64,000 nt of DNA, from the IMG/VR virus record IMGVR_UViG_3300005437_000011. The stretch is one strand, 5' to 3'. The translations under genes and the position numbers were made by a program. The number at the start of each line of letters is the position of its first letter. The first letter of the stretch is position 1. Positions 46,229 through 55,188 of the stretch are shown here, one piece after another. The notes beneath the pieces are model-generated. The model was not told where the DNA came from and searched no databases. It was given only the letters and a program-made list of their open reading frames with translations. This stretch comes from a virus. Taxonomy: Duplodnaviria > Heunggongvirae > Uroviricota > Caudoviricetes.

Positions 46229-46675
46229 TCACGGCTGCACCGCCCCGACGATGATCCGCAGACCGAGCACGCGCATGCGCTCACGGACCTGCGCAACGCG
46301 CTCCCGATGCACCCGCTCGAAGCAGCTACCCGGCTTTGCGTTGCTGGCGTCGCGCTCGTGTGACTCAATCTCATGCCCACAGCGCTCAATGGCAGCCCGG
46401 ATGCCGGCTTGCTGAAGCCGCTCGACTTCGGAAGCTGAGAGCTCGCGGACCACGAAGTCATCGCTCGGGGCGGCGGTGCGCACAGCGAAGAAGCGTTCCC
46501 CGCCTTGGTAGACGTCGCAGACGAATTCGACCGGACGAGCAAGACCATCGGAGCTCAGGGCCATCGCGCGCTTGACAGCGCTACGTTCGGCGCTGGACTT
46601 CGTCTGGTAGTAGACGGGGCGTGCGGGGCGGGAATCGTTCTCGGGCAACGGCAGGATGGAGATGGGGGCGCTCAT
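46229..46675 (-). CDS. hypothetical protein
   Basis: 148-aa ORF. Confidence 0.4.
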   Translation of the reverse strand: MSAPISILPLPENDSRPARPVYYQTKSSAERSAVKRAMALSSDGLARPVEFVCDVYQGGERFFAVRTAAPSDDFVVRELSASEVERLQQAGIRAAIERCGHEIESHERDASNAKPGSCFERVHRERVAQVRERMRVLGLRIIVGAVQP

Positions 46676-46678
46676 CGG

Positions 46679-46942
46679 TCAATCTCTCTGTTCGCTGGGC
46701 GGAAGCGCCCGGTTACGTGCCTCGTAGGCATCTTCGGCAGCTGCGGCGCAGACCTTCCGCGCATGGGCCGCGGACAGCTCAACGCATTTGAGGTGCTGAT
46801 CCAGTGCCCAGCCGCCCACGCCTCGCTTGACTGCGCTCTTCAGGTCGGCAGTGTTTTCGATCACGGTGGCGACAGCGTCGGCTGGCGTGCGATTGTCCGC
46901 GGTTCGAGCAGGGGTTCCCATGGTGTTCTCCTTGGCGGTCAA
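46679..46942 (-). CDS. hypothetical protein
   Basis: The start is preceded by an aaggaga RBS and the GGTCAatTGACC palindrome. Confidence 0.4.
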   Translation of the reverse strand: MTAKENTMGTPARTADNRTPADAVATVIENTADLKSAVKRGVGGWALDQHLKCVELSAAHARKVCAAAAEDAYEARNRALPPSEQRD

Positions 46943-46950
46943 TTGACCAC

Positions 46951-47247
46951 CTAGTAGCCGAGCCAGTCGCGTGCCGACCGCATGGTCGGGGCGATCGTTT
47001 CTTCAACCGATTGCCAGCCAGTGTCCACATGGTGGAGCTCGGTCCGGACGGTGATGGATGAGCCATCCTCAGCCACCCGGACGACTGTGGGGCGACCGCT
47101 AGCGACGTCGTGCTGGTTCAGGAAGGCGACGACGAGATCGATCGGACGGGAGACCAGCCTTCCAGCTCGGCCGCCGGGGAACACGTCGTGAGAGTTTGGG
47201 TCGTTGGATTGTATGGGGAAGGGCATAGTGTTCTCAGACGTGGTCAA
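46951..47247 (-). CDS. hypothetical protein
   Basis: The start is preceded by the GGTCAagTGACA palindrome. Confidence 0.4.
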   Translation of the reverse strand: MTTSENTMPFPIQSNDPNSHDVFPGGRAGRLVSRPIDLVVAFLNQHDVASGRPTVVRVAEDGSSITVRTELHHVDTGWQSVEETIAPTMRSARDWLGY

Positions 47248-47258
47248 GTGACAACTTC

Positions 47259-47864
47259 TTAAGCGTTACCGAGGAACAGCCCGGCCGTGGCGCACAGCTC
47301 GGCGAGCGTGGTGTCGCGAGCGATCCGGGCCTGCTCCACCCGGCGCGCGGACTCAGCGCGCTCCACGATCAGCTGCGCCAGGCGCTCGTCACAGGCAGCG
47401 ACGACGGCTTCCGCTTCGGCCACGACGGCGCGAGAGGCGACCATGTTACGTTCGATAGTCGCGGCACGGTCCGCCTTGATCGCTTCCGAGCTAAACGTGG
47501 CATGTCCGTAGAAACGAACGCAGAAGTAGTCGCTCTGGATGTCAGAGCGGTCGTAGTTGTACGCCTGGAGGACGCCTTCCAATGTTTCGAGCAAGGCCTT
47601 CGCCTCCGCGGTGTAACGGTCGCCTTCGAAATAGGCGTGCGGGTTGGACGCCACGTAGGCGTCGGTCTGGATCTGAACCGGGCACGCCGTAACGGCGACG
47701 TTGATCGAACGGCCACCCGAGTAGCGCTCGATGCGGACGGAACAAACCAAGCCGGCGATCTTCAGCGCCTTGATGTCAGCGCGGACCAGCTTCGCCACAG
47801 CGGCGACGTCCAGGTCGCGGGTCTCGGTGTACTTGCTGCCGTTGGTGTTGTTCGCGGTGTTCAT
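47259..47864 (-). CDS. hypothetical protein
   Basis: 201 aa. The GCTGATATCAGC palindrome lies 16 bp upstream of its start. Confidence 0.5.
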   Translation of the reverse strand: MNTANNTNGSKYTETRDLDVAAVAKLVRADIKALKIAGLVCSVRIERYSGGRSINVAVTACPVQIQTDAYVASNPHAYFEGDRYTAEAKALLETLEGVLQAYNYDRSDIQSDYFCVRFYGHATFSSEAIKADRAATIERNMVASRAVVAEAEAVVAACDERLAQLIVERAESARRVEQARIARDTTLAELCATAGLFLGNA

Positions 47865-47957
47865 AAAAGTAATGTATACGCTGATATCAGCTTAAGCAAA
47901 CTAAAAGTGCTCGGGGCATGTCGATTTGTCGGATCGGGTGTTTTCCTAGGAGGAGCA

Positions 47958-48311
47958 TCACCACTCCCCAGCCCGGAGTCCGCGCACCTTGCGGGATTCG
48001 TTCATTTGACGGGCGCGCGCCACGCGGCGGGCACGGTTGTCAGCCATGATCGCCTCGTGGTCGATCGCGGGCACGATGCGGAAAGGCGTGAACGTGCCGC
48101 GACGTGCAGCGCGGATCAGGCCGGGGATCTCCGCGTACGTGTAGAGGGTGATGTCCTCCCACACGGTCCACATCTTGGTCGGGTCCAGTTTCCCGCGGAA
48201 GAAGCTTTGCCGATCGCTGATCTCGCCGTTGGCGTGGAGTTGCACGCGCGCGCCGTCGAAGGTGTGACGGGTGCTGATGACTTCCGGATCGGTCTTGGTG
48301 GCGGTTTGCAT
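47958..48311 (-). CDS. hypothetical protein
   Basis: Real start Met (MQTATKTD...) at 48311. The upstream part of the ORF-track call is Arg/Pro-rich and looks spurious. Confidence 0.4.
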   Translation of the reverse strand: MQTATKTDPEVISTRHTFDGARVQLHANGEISDRQSFFRGKLDPTKMWTVWEDITLYTYAEIPGLIRAARRGTFTPFRIVPAIDHEAIMADNRARRVARARQMNESRKVRGLRAGEW

Positions 48312-48367
48312 AAGTGGACCTGCGAGGTGGTGGAGAGCGGGGCCCCGTAGGGCCCCCGGGTCTGGTC

Positions 48368-48700
48368 TCAGCGGACGACGCGAAAGGAGAGGTACATTCC
48401 GGTTTGGGTCTCGAAAATCTCGCGGAGCATGTCGGCATACACGTCGGAGCACTCGTAAACCTTGCGGAGGTTGATGCCGCGGCCCGCGTAGAATTCGACG
48501 GTGTAGGTGTCGGAAGGGTCGATCACAATGCGGCAAACAGTGACCTTCTTGCCATTGGTCCCAACCTTGAATTGCACGGAGTTTTCGTCACCGAGGAATT
48601 GCTTGCAGCCGCACATCATGGCGAGCGTTCCGGCTCCGCCGAGTTGGCTCAGGATGGTTTGGGCCACGGTCAGTTCGGTTTGTTGGGCGGCGCTGTTCAT
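48368..48700 (-). CDS. hypothetical protein
   Basis: Start MNSAAQQ at 48700. The GCTGATATCAGC palindrome is 17 bp upstream. Confidence 0.45.
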   Translation of the reverse strand: MNSAAQQTELTVAQTILSQLGGAGTLAMMCGCKQFLGDENSVQFKVGTNGKKVTVCRIVIDPSDTYTVEFYAGRGINLRKVYECSDVYADMLREIFETQTGMYLSFRVVR

Positions 48701-48716
48701 GCTGGATACACTACGC

Positions 48717-48787
48717 GCTGATATCAGCACGGTCAAGCGCGAAATGTTGTCGCTTATTCTTTTTGTTCGTGCCAGCCGATATCAGCT
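48717..48787. promoter_or_regulatory. divergent promoter/operator region with two CTGATATCAG-type palindromes
   Basis: gctgatatcagc at 48717-48728 and ccgatatcagct at 48776-48787, flanking an AT-rich tract cttattctttttgtt. The leftward and rightward blocks meet here. Confidence 0.5.
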
Positions 48788-48793
48788 GAGCTA

Positions 48794-49147
48794 TTGTCGG
48801 GGCACATGGTGAAAGTGACGCTAGCGAGAATCAAGAAACAGGCGGCCGCTGCCGCTGATGAGCGGCGAGAACCATCCGAGAGATTGATGTGGTCCACCGC
48901 ACTGGCGGAAGCCCACATTCCGGAATGGGTCCCGGAAACGAGAATCCGAGACTTCCAGAAGGCCTACGCTCTTCAGCTGGTGAAGCTGGGTTTCGCGAAG
49001 CCAGCTGGAAAGCCTGGTAAGGCGACGAAGCTACCGCGCCGACTTCTGACGGCGACGGAAGACCAGTTCGCCGACATGGATCGGCGCGTGACGGAATCCG
49101 GAATGATCTCGTGGTCAGCCTGGGCTCTGAAAAAACTTTTACGATGA
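48794..49147 (+). CDS. hypothetical protein (first gene of the rightward block)
   Basis: 117-aa ORF. The start may be the Met at 48806. Confidence 0.4.
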   Translation: MSGHMVKVTLARIKKQAAAAADERREPSERLMWSTALAEAHIPEWVPETRIRDFQKAYALQLVKLGFAKPAGKPGKATKLPRRLLTATEDQFADMDRRVTESGMISWSAWALKKLLR

Positions 49148-49198
49148 CCGGTCAATTCCTGATTGACTAAGCTGATATCAGCGCGCATTGTCCCTCTC

Positions 49199-49519
49199 AT
49201 GAACGCCGAAACGCTGCACACCCCGATGCTACTTGGCCGGATTGAGGGCGAGGAGATCCGTTCGCGCTATCTGACCAGCGAAACGCTCTGCGAGGTGTAC
49301 GGGCGCCTAGCTGACGGCTGTGCTTATAGCGTGATGGTCCGGCATGCTGGATCCGGTTTCGTGGTCCGTGTCAGCGACCAACGAAAAGTCCAGCAGCCGA
49401 CGCGCACGGGCCCGGACTACTACTGGAACAAGGCGAAGGTTTCTCGTCACTCGAGTGAGGCGGCCGCTGTGAAGGCAGCCGGCGGCCATCTCACGGCATT
49501 TCGGGAGCTAAGCCAATGA
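49199..49519 (+). CDS. hypothetical protein
   Basis: Start MNAETLHT at 49199, after the palindrome at 49171-49182. The N-terminal part of the ORF-track call (from 49163) is a translation of the palindrome. Confidence 0.4.
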   Translation: MNAETLHTPMLLGRIEGEEIRSRYLTSETLCEVYGRLADGCAYSVMVRHAGSGFVVRVSDQRKVQQPTRTGPDYYWNKAKVSRHSSEAAAVKAAGGHLTAFRELSQ

Positions 49520-50388
49520 TGGGCGCGCTCGGATTTCTAGCGCCGTCGGACTCAGGCGATCCGGAGGACGACGACGCAGCCACAAGGCGTCTCACCGTCC
49601 GCCTTAGCCCCGCCCAGCTCGTGGCTGTTTACCGTCAGGCAGAGCGCGACATCAAGCAAGGTTTCGCGCTGATTGACGGCGCGGAGGACGCGCTCAATGC
49701 GGCTTTCACGCTCGACGGGGTGAGCGGGGTTAGCGTCCAAGGCCACAGCAACACATACCTCGACTTCAGCAAACCTGAAACCCGCTTGAAAGAGGTTCGC
49801 CGTTCGCTCTGGCACACGATGGTGGAGCGGCTCGAGATCCGCCGGCTCATGTCGATCAAGGCTTGGAAAGAGCTGAACGAGCAGATCGACAAGGGTGAAG
49901 CCCCCGAGCTGACCGAAGAGGCAATCGCGGCGATGGTGAGGCAGTTTTCGGAGGCCGCCCCCGCCATGCTCGAGCAGGCGGTGTGCGAGGTTTTCGACTT
50001 CCTACGCCCGCCGAATAGCGAATACAAGCGCAACTCCGAGTACGAAGTCCCGCGCCGAGTCGCGCTGACTTGGGTGATCGATACCTGGTACATCAAGGCG
50101 TTTGCGAGCCAGGGCATGCGCCCGCGGCACGAATGCGAACAGCAGCTCTCCGCGCTCGAAAACGTCTTTTCATCACTCGACGGTCAGGGCTCCGTGTCCA
50201 AGGGGCACGTGAGCAATCTGTCGGAAGCTATTCGCAAGACGAAACGTGGAGAGCTCGGGAAGACTGAGTATTTCGCTTTTCGCGGGTTCAACAACGGGGC
50301 CTTGCATCTGGAATTCTTGCGGATCGACCTGTTGGGTAGATTCAATCGCATTGCCGGAGGCGCGCGCTTGCGGCCGAAGACAGGATGA
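49516..50388 (+). CDS. hypothetical protein 'X2' (paralog of 42399..43340)
   Basis: See X1. The conserved blocks are shared, but X2 lacks the N-terminal Cys cluster. Confidence 0.55.
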   Translation: MMGALGFLAPSDSGDPEDDDAATRRLTVRLSPAQLVAVYRQAERDIKQGFALIDGAEDALNAAFTLDGVSGVSVQGHSNTYLDFSKPETRLKEVRRSLWHTMVERLEIRRLMSIKAWKELNEQIDKGEAPELTEEAIAAMVRQFSEAAPAMLEQAVCEVFDFLRPPNSEYKRNSEYEVPRRVALTWVIDTWYIKAFASQGMRPRHECEQQLSALENVFSSLDGQGSVSKGHVSNLSEAIRKTKRGELGKTEYFAFRGFNNGALHLEFLRIDLLGRFNRIAGGARLRPKTG

Positions 50389-50554
50389 ACGAGCTCTACG
50401 TCAAATTCTTGCCTGCCGAGGACTGGGAGCAGTTCGCTCAGCTCATCGGCTATTCCGTGAGCGGAGCGGGCGATCTGAGTTGCGTCAGCGATGATGCCTA
50501 CTACGAGGTGGAGAAGCAGGCGGAAGCCATCGTCCCAACAGTGAAAGCTCCGAC

Positions 50555-52348
50555 ATGATCACAATTGACGACGCCCGCACGCGGGACATGGACGACGCCA
50601 TCGAGGTCGAAGAGACCACGGATGGCTGGATCGTTCGTGTCGCCATCGCCGACGCAAGCCGTCTCGTCACGCCGGGCAGCGAGCTGGACGTGGCGGCCCG
50701 CGCCCGGGGCAACACGCTGTACTTCGGGACCGGTAACAGTCCAATGCTGCCGCGTGAGATCGGCGAGTGGCAGCTATCGCTCTGGCCCGGTAAGACCAAG
50801 CACGCCATCACGGTCGAGATGCGCCTTTCCCAGAATTTGGGGCTGGATGAAACAACGCTCAGCCTCGGTAAGATCGTGAGCGCACACAAGGTCGCCTATG
50901 CTCAGGTTCCGTCGCTGCTCGCGGGCGCTCCCGCAGTAGAGGATCTCGGCCCGTTGCTCAATTCGGCGCGCAAGCTCGCGCTCGGTCTCCTCAAGAAACG
51001 CCGTGAGTCAGGCGCGCTCGTCTTCTATGATCTGAACAACGGTTGGGTGACGACTGAGGAAGGCTCGGTCAAGAAGCTCAAGGACCACACGGAGACGATC
51101 GGGTACATCATCGTTCAAGAGCTGATGGTTCTCGCGAACACCGCGGTGGCGCTGTACGCCATCGATCACAAGCTGCCGATGCTGTTCCGCAACCACGAGA
51201 CCAGGGGCGGCTCGGCGCCCGATCGCGAGGAGATCCAGGCGCTCATCGCTTCGGGCGCGGAGAACCCGGTCATTGACCTGGAATCGTTTCAGCACCGCAC
51301 CCACAAGCTGTTCAAAAAGGCTGAGTACGGATCGATGCTCACTGGGCACGCCGGCCTTAGCGTCCCGGCCTACCTGCACTTCACCTCACCCATTCGCCGC
51401 TACGCCGACCTGGTGGTCCATCAGCAGTTGCGATCTCACCTCAAAGGCGAGCCGCTTCCACACAGCGAGGAGGGCCTAGCGGCGGTTGCTGCCCATCTGA
51501 ATGAACTCGCGAAGAAGGATGTGGAAAGCAACCGAGCGCACTTCAAGGGCCGCGACGAGTCGCAGGCTAAGAAGCAGGTCGAAGCGCGCAAACTTGACGG
51601 CTTGAACGCCAAACAGTTCGAACGTGTGGTGAAGGTCGAGGTCCGCTCTGGGGAAAGCCCGTCAGAAGCACTGGTGGAGGCGTGGGAACGCCGGCTTGTC
51701 GATGGCAGCGTGCCGACCATCTGCATGACGACCGTGCTCATGCTGGGGATCGAGGTGGACGGAACCGGCCTGAAACGTGTACCGGTTGCTGACGGCTGGG
51801 ACGTGATCAAGACGCTGACGATCGGGTATCTCGCCGAGCACACGCCGGAAGCGATCTCGATCCTCGCCCAGGCTGGCGCACTCGGCTGGCCAGACGTCAG
51901 GATCGATATCGTCTCGACGGGTCCAGCACACGCGCCGCGGTGCACCGGTTCCGTCGCCATCAAGCTAGATGGCGGGTTGGTTAGGGGTATATCAGTCGGG
52001 AAAACGGTTAGAGTTGCAGAACAGCGCGCAGCAGTATGCTTGCTGGCAGAACTCGCGATGGTCGCTACCCCGCAGTTCGAAGCACTCGAGCCTCTACCGC
52101 CAGCACCGGTCATCGAAGCGAAGCCGCGCCTCGACCTCAACAAGCACCCCGTTTCCCAGCTCATGGAGCGAAGCCAAGCAGAGCGTCAACCGCCACCGAA
52201 GTTTGATTTCACCGTAAAGGGTGAGGCGCACCTCCCCGTCGTGACGTGCACAGCGAGCTTTCTGGGAACGACGGTTTCGGCGGTCGCAGCGTCGAAACAA
52301 GAGGCGAAGACGGCTGCGGCCAAGCTGCTACTGGAGAAGGTCGAATGA
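50555..52348 (+). CDS. RNase II/R-family (RNB domain) exoribonuclease with C-terminal dsRBD
   Basis: IDDARTRDMDDAI is RNB motif I. GHAGLSVPAYLHFTSPIRRYADLVVHQQL is motif IV. C-terminus VVTCTASFLGTTVSAVAASKQEAKTAAAKLLLEK is dsRBM-like. No cold-shock or S1 domain is evident. Confidence 0.7.
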   Translation: MITIDDARTRDMDDAIEVEETTDGWIVRVAIADASRLVTPGSELDVAARARGNTLYFGTGNSPMLPREIGEWQLSLWPGKTKHAITVEMRLSQNLGLDETTLSLGKIVSAHKVAYAQVPSLLAGAPAVEDLGPLLNSARKLALGLLKKRRESGALVFYDLNNGWVTTEEGSVKKLKDHTETIGYIIVQELMVLANTAVALYAIDHKLPMLFRNHETRGGSAPDREEIQALIASGAENPVIDLESFQHRTHKLFKKAEYGSMLTGHAGLSVPAYLHFTSPIRRYADLVVHQQLRSHLKGEPLPHSEEGLAAVAAHLNELAKKDVESNRAHFKGRDESQAKKQVEARKLDGLNAKQFERVVKVEVRSGESPSEALVEAWERRLVDGSVPTICMTTVLMLGIEVDGTGLKRVPVADGWDVIKTLTIGYLAEHTPEAISILAQAGALGWPDVRIDIVSTGPAHAPRCTGSVAIKLDGGLVRGISVGKTVRVAEQRAAVCLLAELAMVATPQFEALEPLPPAPVIEAKPRLDLNKHPVSQLMERSQAERQPPPKFDFTVKGEAHLPVVTCTASFLGTTVSAVAASKQEAKTAAAKLLLEKVE

Positions 52349-52367
52349 AAGCCAGAAAAACAAGCAA

Positions 52368-52778
52368 ATGACTCCACAAGAGTATGAGAACGGTCACAAC
52401 CGATGCTGCGATGTTCCCTGTTGCTGGGTAACAACGCCGCCCGCCGAGCTGCCACCGGTGTTGCCAGTAGGCACGCGCGTCATTTGCTGGGATGGAACAT
52501 TCAATACCGCTTTGAGCCCGGTGAAAATCAACAGAGGCGGCTGGTACAATGGCGTCTGGTCCGGCTATGCTGAAGGCCAGAATCCTAAGGACACATGCCC
52601 TTGGCCTGCCCATCGCATCGACTGGTCGAGCGTCCCGATTAACACTGATCCAGCGACGCTCACTGTGCAGCAACGCCGCTCCGGGCTGGTGATCGGCATG
52701 TCGCTGCCTGAGGCGCTCATCGGGGGCCTCGCGTGGCTGCGAAAGAGGGCGGACGCGGTGCGGAGGAGCGAGAGATGA
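52368..52778 (+). CDS. hypothetical protein
   Basis: 136-aa ORF. Confidence 0.4.
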   Translation: MTPQEYENGHNRCCDVPCCWVTTPPAELPPVLPVGTRVICWDGTFNTALSPVKINRGGWYNGVWSGYAEGQNPKDTCPWPAHRIDWSSVPINTDPATLTVQQRRSGLVIGMSLPEALIGGLAWLRKRADAVRRSER

Positions 52779-52984
52779 CACCTCGAGACATTATCGCGCC
52801 AGCGGTCGCATTCACGATCTGCATAGCGCTTGGTTGGCTGGTCGAGGCGAGGCGAAGCGCAAGGCTGCAGCAGGGGCGACGACTGTCGGGCGTCAACCCA
52901 ATCAGAAGGAAGCTGAACAAATCCAAGCGATCCAATATCTCCAAGAATTAGAAGAACGGAGGGAAACGCGGCGCTTGCTGAGAA

Positions 52985-53388
52985 TGTTTGAGGAAAAGCA
53001 AGAGGTGCGCGACCGGACCGCGGACATTCTCCGCGCTGCCAGAGCAAGACTAGTGCAGGGCTGGCATCAGGGCCAATACATGGCGCGCGCGGCTGACGGC
53101 AGCGAAGCTCGGCCCGAGTCACCGTCGGCAGTTAGCTGGTGCCTACTGGGCGCAGTATATGCCGCGTCCAACAACGATGCCGTCATCGCGGCTAGGCTAG
53201 CGCTCACCAACGCCGAGGCCGCGAACAAAGAAGAACGGGCGATAGTTGTTCGGATCTTGAATAGATTTACGAAGCCGCGAGCTAACGTGCCCAGCTTCTG
53301 CTGGAGTGAATGGCCAGAGGTTTCTAAGTCAGATGTGCTCGGTCTGTTCGATGAAGCGATTGCGTTAGCTGAGGGGGCTGCCAAATGA
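52985..53388 (+). CDS. conserved phage protein (GWCQG...WC..GA family); paralog of 9129..9461
   Basis: See 9129..9461. The start is probably the Met at ~52985 inside ORF 52834..53388. Confidence 0.45.
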
Positions 53389-53663
53389 CCAACCGACGAA
53401 GCCTGCTCAAGCTCTGGGCACTTGCACCTCCGTTGATGCTCATGTCGCGTGACATCGGAAGCTCAGCCATTGTCACGCTGGCCTGGTCGGCAGCGGCGAA
53501 GAAAGAAGCCAGAATCGCTGCGTTGAGCGAGCGCATCAAGTCGATGAGACTGCGCCCGCTTCTCTGCGAAGCCATGGCTCGGCACGACTTCCGGGACTTC
53601 GCGCGCGGCATGCACGCTTGGGAGCGTGAGGCGCGGGCTGCCATGTGCGCCGACCGGGTGTAG
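53385..53663 (+). CDS. hypothetical protein
   Basis: 92-aa ORF. Confidence 0.35.
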   Translation: MTNRRSLLKLWALAPPLMLMSRDIGSSAIVTLAWSAAAKKEARIAALSERIKSMRLRPLLCEAMARHDFRDFARGMHAWEREARAAMCADRV

Positions 53664-53943
53664 ATCCGGCGATCACCGACCATCGAACAGGATCAGCCGG
53701 CTTGCTCACCGTCTTTGCCCCCGGGATCCTGCGTGATCCCTGGTCTACGCGCGGATGTGATCGATTGGTTTCGTCCCGAGTTTTGCCTCAAGGCGCAGCG
53801 GTGGTCACTTGACAGCGCCACCCGGTGACCCCTAAATCGAAGGCGCCCCGGCATCCGCGTGAACGGACCCAGGGCATTGGCCAAACCTGTTCGAGAGGTC
53901 TGACGATGAGCAAGATACATGAGCCGCGCGCGAATGGCGACCA

Positions 53944-55188
53944 GTGAAGCTTCGCCCCTACCAAGCTCTCGCCGTCTCTGGCGTCAGGATGCATTGGGCG
54001 GCTGGGCGCCTTCGTGTCTGCGTTGTGGCGCCTACCGGCTCGGGTAAGACCGAGCTTGCCGTTGCGCTGCTCGGCACCGGGCGCGCGCTCTGGGTCGCTC
54101 ACACTCGTGACCTTGTGCTTCAAACTGCGAGGCGGCTGCGCGCACTACTGGGTCAGTCTGCAGTGGGCGTCATTCTCGCTGGCCATTACCCGGACAGCTC
54201 GGCACGAATCCAAGTCGGCACCGTACAGACGCTAGTCGCTCGCGGATTGCGGCCGGGCGCCGACGTGATCGTGCTCGACGAGGCGCATCACTATATGGCC
54301 GAGCACTGGCGGCAGCTTGCCGACGCTTATCCAGGTATCCCGTGCGTCGGTCTCACTGCGACGCCGCAGCGCGGTGATGGGGAGCCGCTCGGGGACATCT
54401 TTGACGAACTTGTGTCGACGGCTTCTTACTCGCAGCTGATCGCTGGAGGTTTCCTGGTGCCGGCGCGCGTGCTGCAGCCGCCGATGCAGCTTGGCAACGA
54501 TCTGGCGCAGGAGCCGGTAACAGCGTGGGAGAAGTACTCCGAAGGCTCGCGGACCTTTCTGTTCTGCCCGCGTGTCGAGATTGCCGAGTTCTACGCAAAG
54601 GCGTTTCGCGACCGAGGCATTCTCTTCGGCGTCATCGAGGCGAACACGCCGCGCGTTGAGCGAGAGGAGCTACTGGCGCGATTCCGCACAGGCGCGCTCC
54701 GTGGGCTGGCGAACGTCAACACGTTGACTGAAGGCATCGACGTCCCGGAGGCGCGTTGTGTCATGCTCGCGCGCGGCTTCGGACACGTCGGGGCTTACTT
54801 GCAGGCGGTCGGCCGTGTGCTTCGTCCAGCCAAGGACAAGGCAGACGCCATTGTTATTGACCTGTGCGGGGCGACGCTGCGCCACGGTTTACCGACACAG
54901 GATCGCGTCTATTCGCTGCAAGGTCGACCGATCAGCGGCGAGGCGCCGGAGCGCGAACAAGGGGAGCGTGACGCCTTCTCTCAGAATGTCCGCGGGCTCG
55001 ATCTGAAAATTGCGGCAGGCGCAGCGCCGATCCCTTTCGGGCTTCCGCCACCAGTCGACGACTCAGAACGCCGCGCGGAGTTCGAGCGTCTGCGCGCGTT
55101 GGCGCGGCAGCACCGGATGCGCGACGGATTCGCTGCGGCGAAATTCAAAGAGAAGTTCGGCGAGTGGCCGAAGGAGGAATGGACATGA
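53944..55188 (+). CDS. superfamily-2 DEAD/DEAH-box helicase (type III restriction res-like)
   Basis: LRPYQ (Q motif), APTGSGKT (I), VLDEAHH (II), LTATPQR (III) and QAVGRVLR (VI). Confidence 0.75.
   Translation: MKLRPYQALAVSGVRMHWAAGRLRVCVVAPTGSGKTELAVALLGTGRALWVAHTRDLVLQTARRLRALLGQSAVGVILAGHYPDSSARIQVGTVQTLVARGLRPGADVIVLDEAHHYMAEHWRQLADAYPGIPCVGLTATPQRGDGEPLGDIFDELVSTASYSQLIAGGFLVPARVLQPPMQLGNDLAQEPVTAWEKYSEGSRTFLFCPRVEIAEFYAKAFRDRGILFGVIEANTPRVEREELLARFRTGALRGLANVNTLTEGIDVPEARCVMLARGFGHVGAYLQAVGRVLRPAKDKADAIVIDLCGATLRHGLPTQDRVYSLQGRPISGEAPEREQGERDAFSQNVRGLDLKIAAGAAPIPFGLPPPVDDSERRAEFERLRALARQHRMRDGFAAAKFKEKFGEWPKEEWT

Noticed and set aside
47502-48350. 282-aa plus-strand ORF
   Set aside because: It is antisense to two motif-bounded minus-strand genes. 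Composition is Gly/Val/Arg-rich with no motif.
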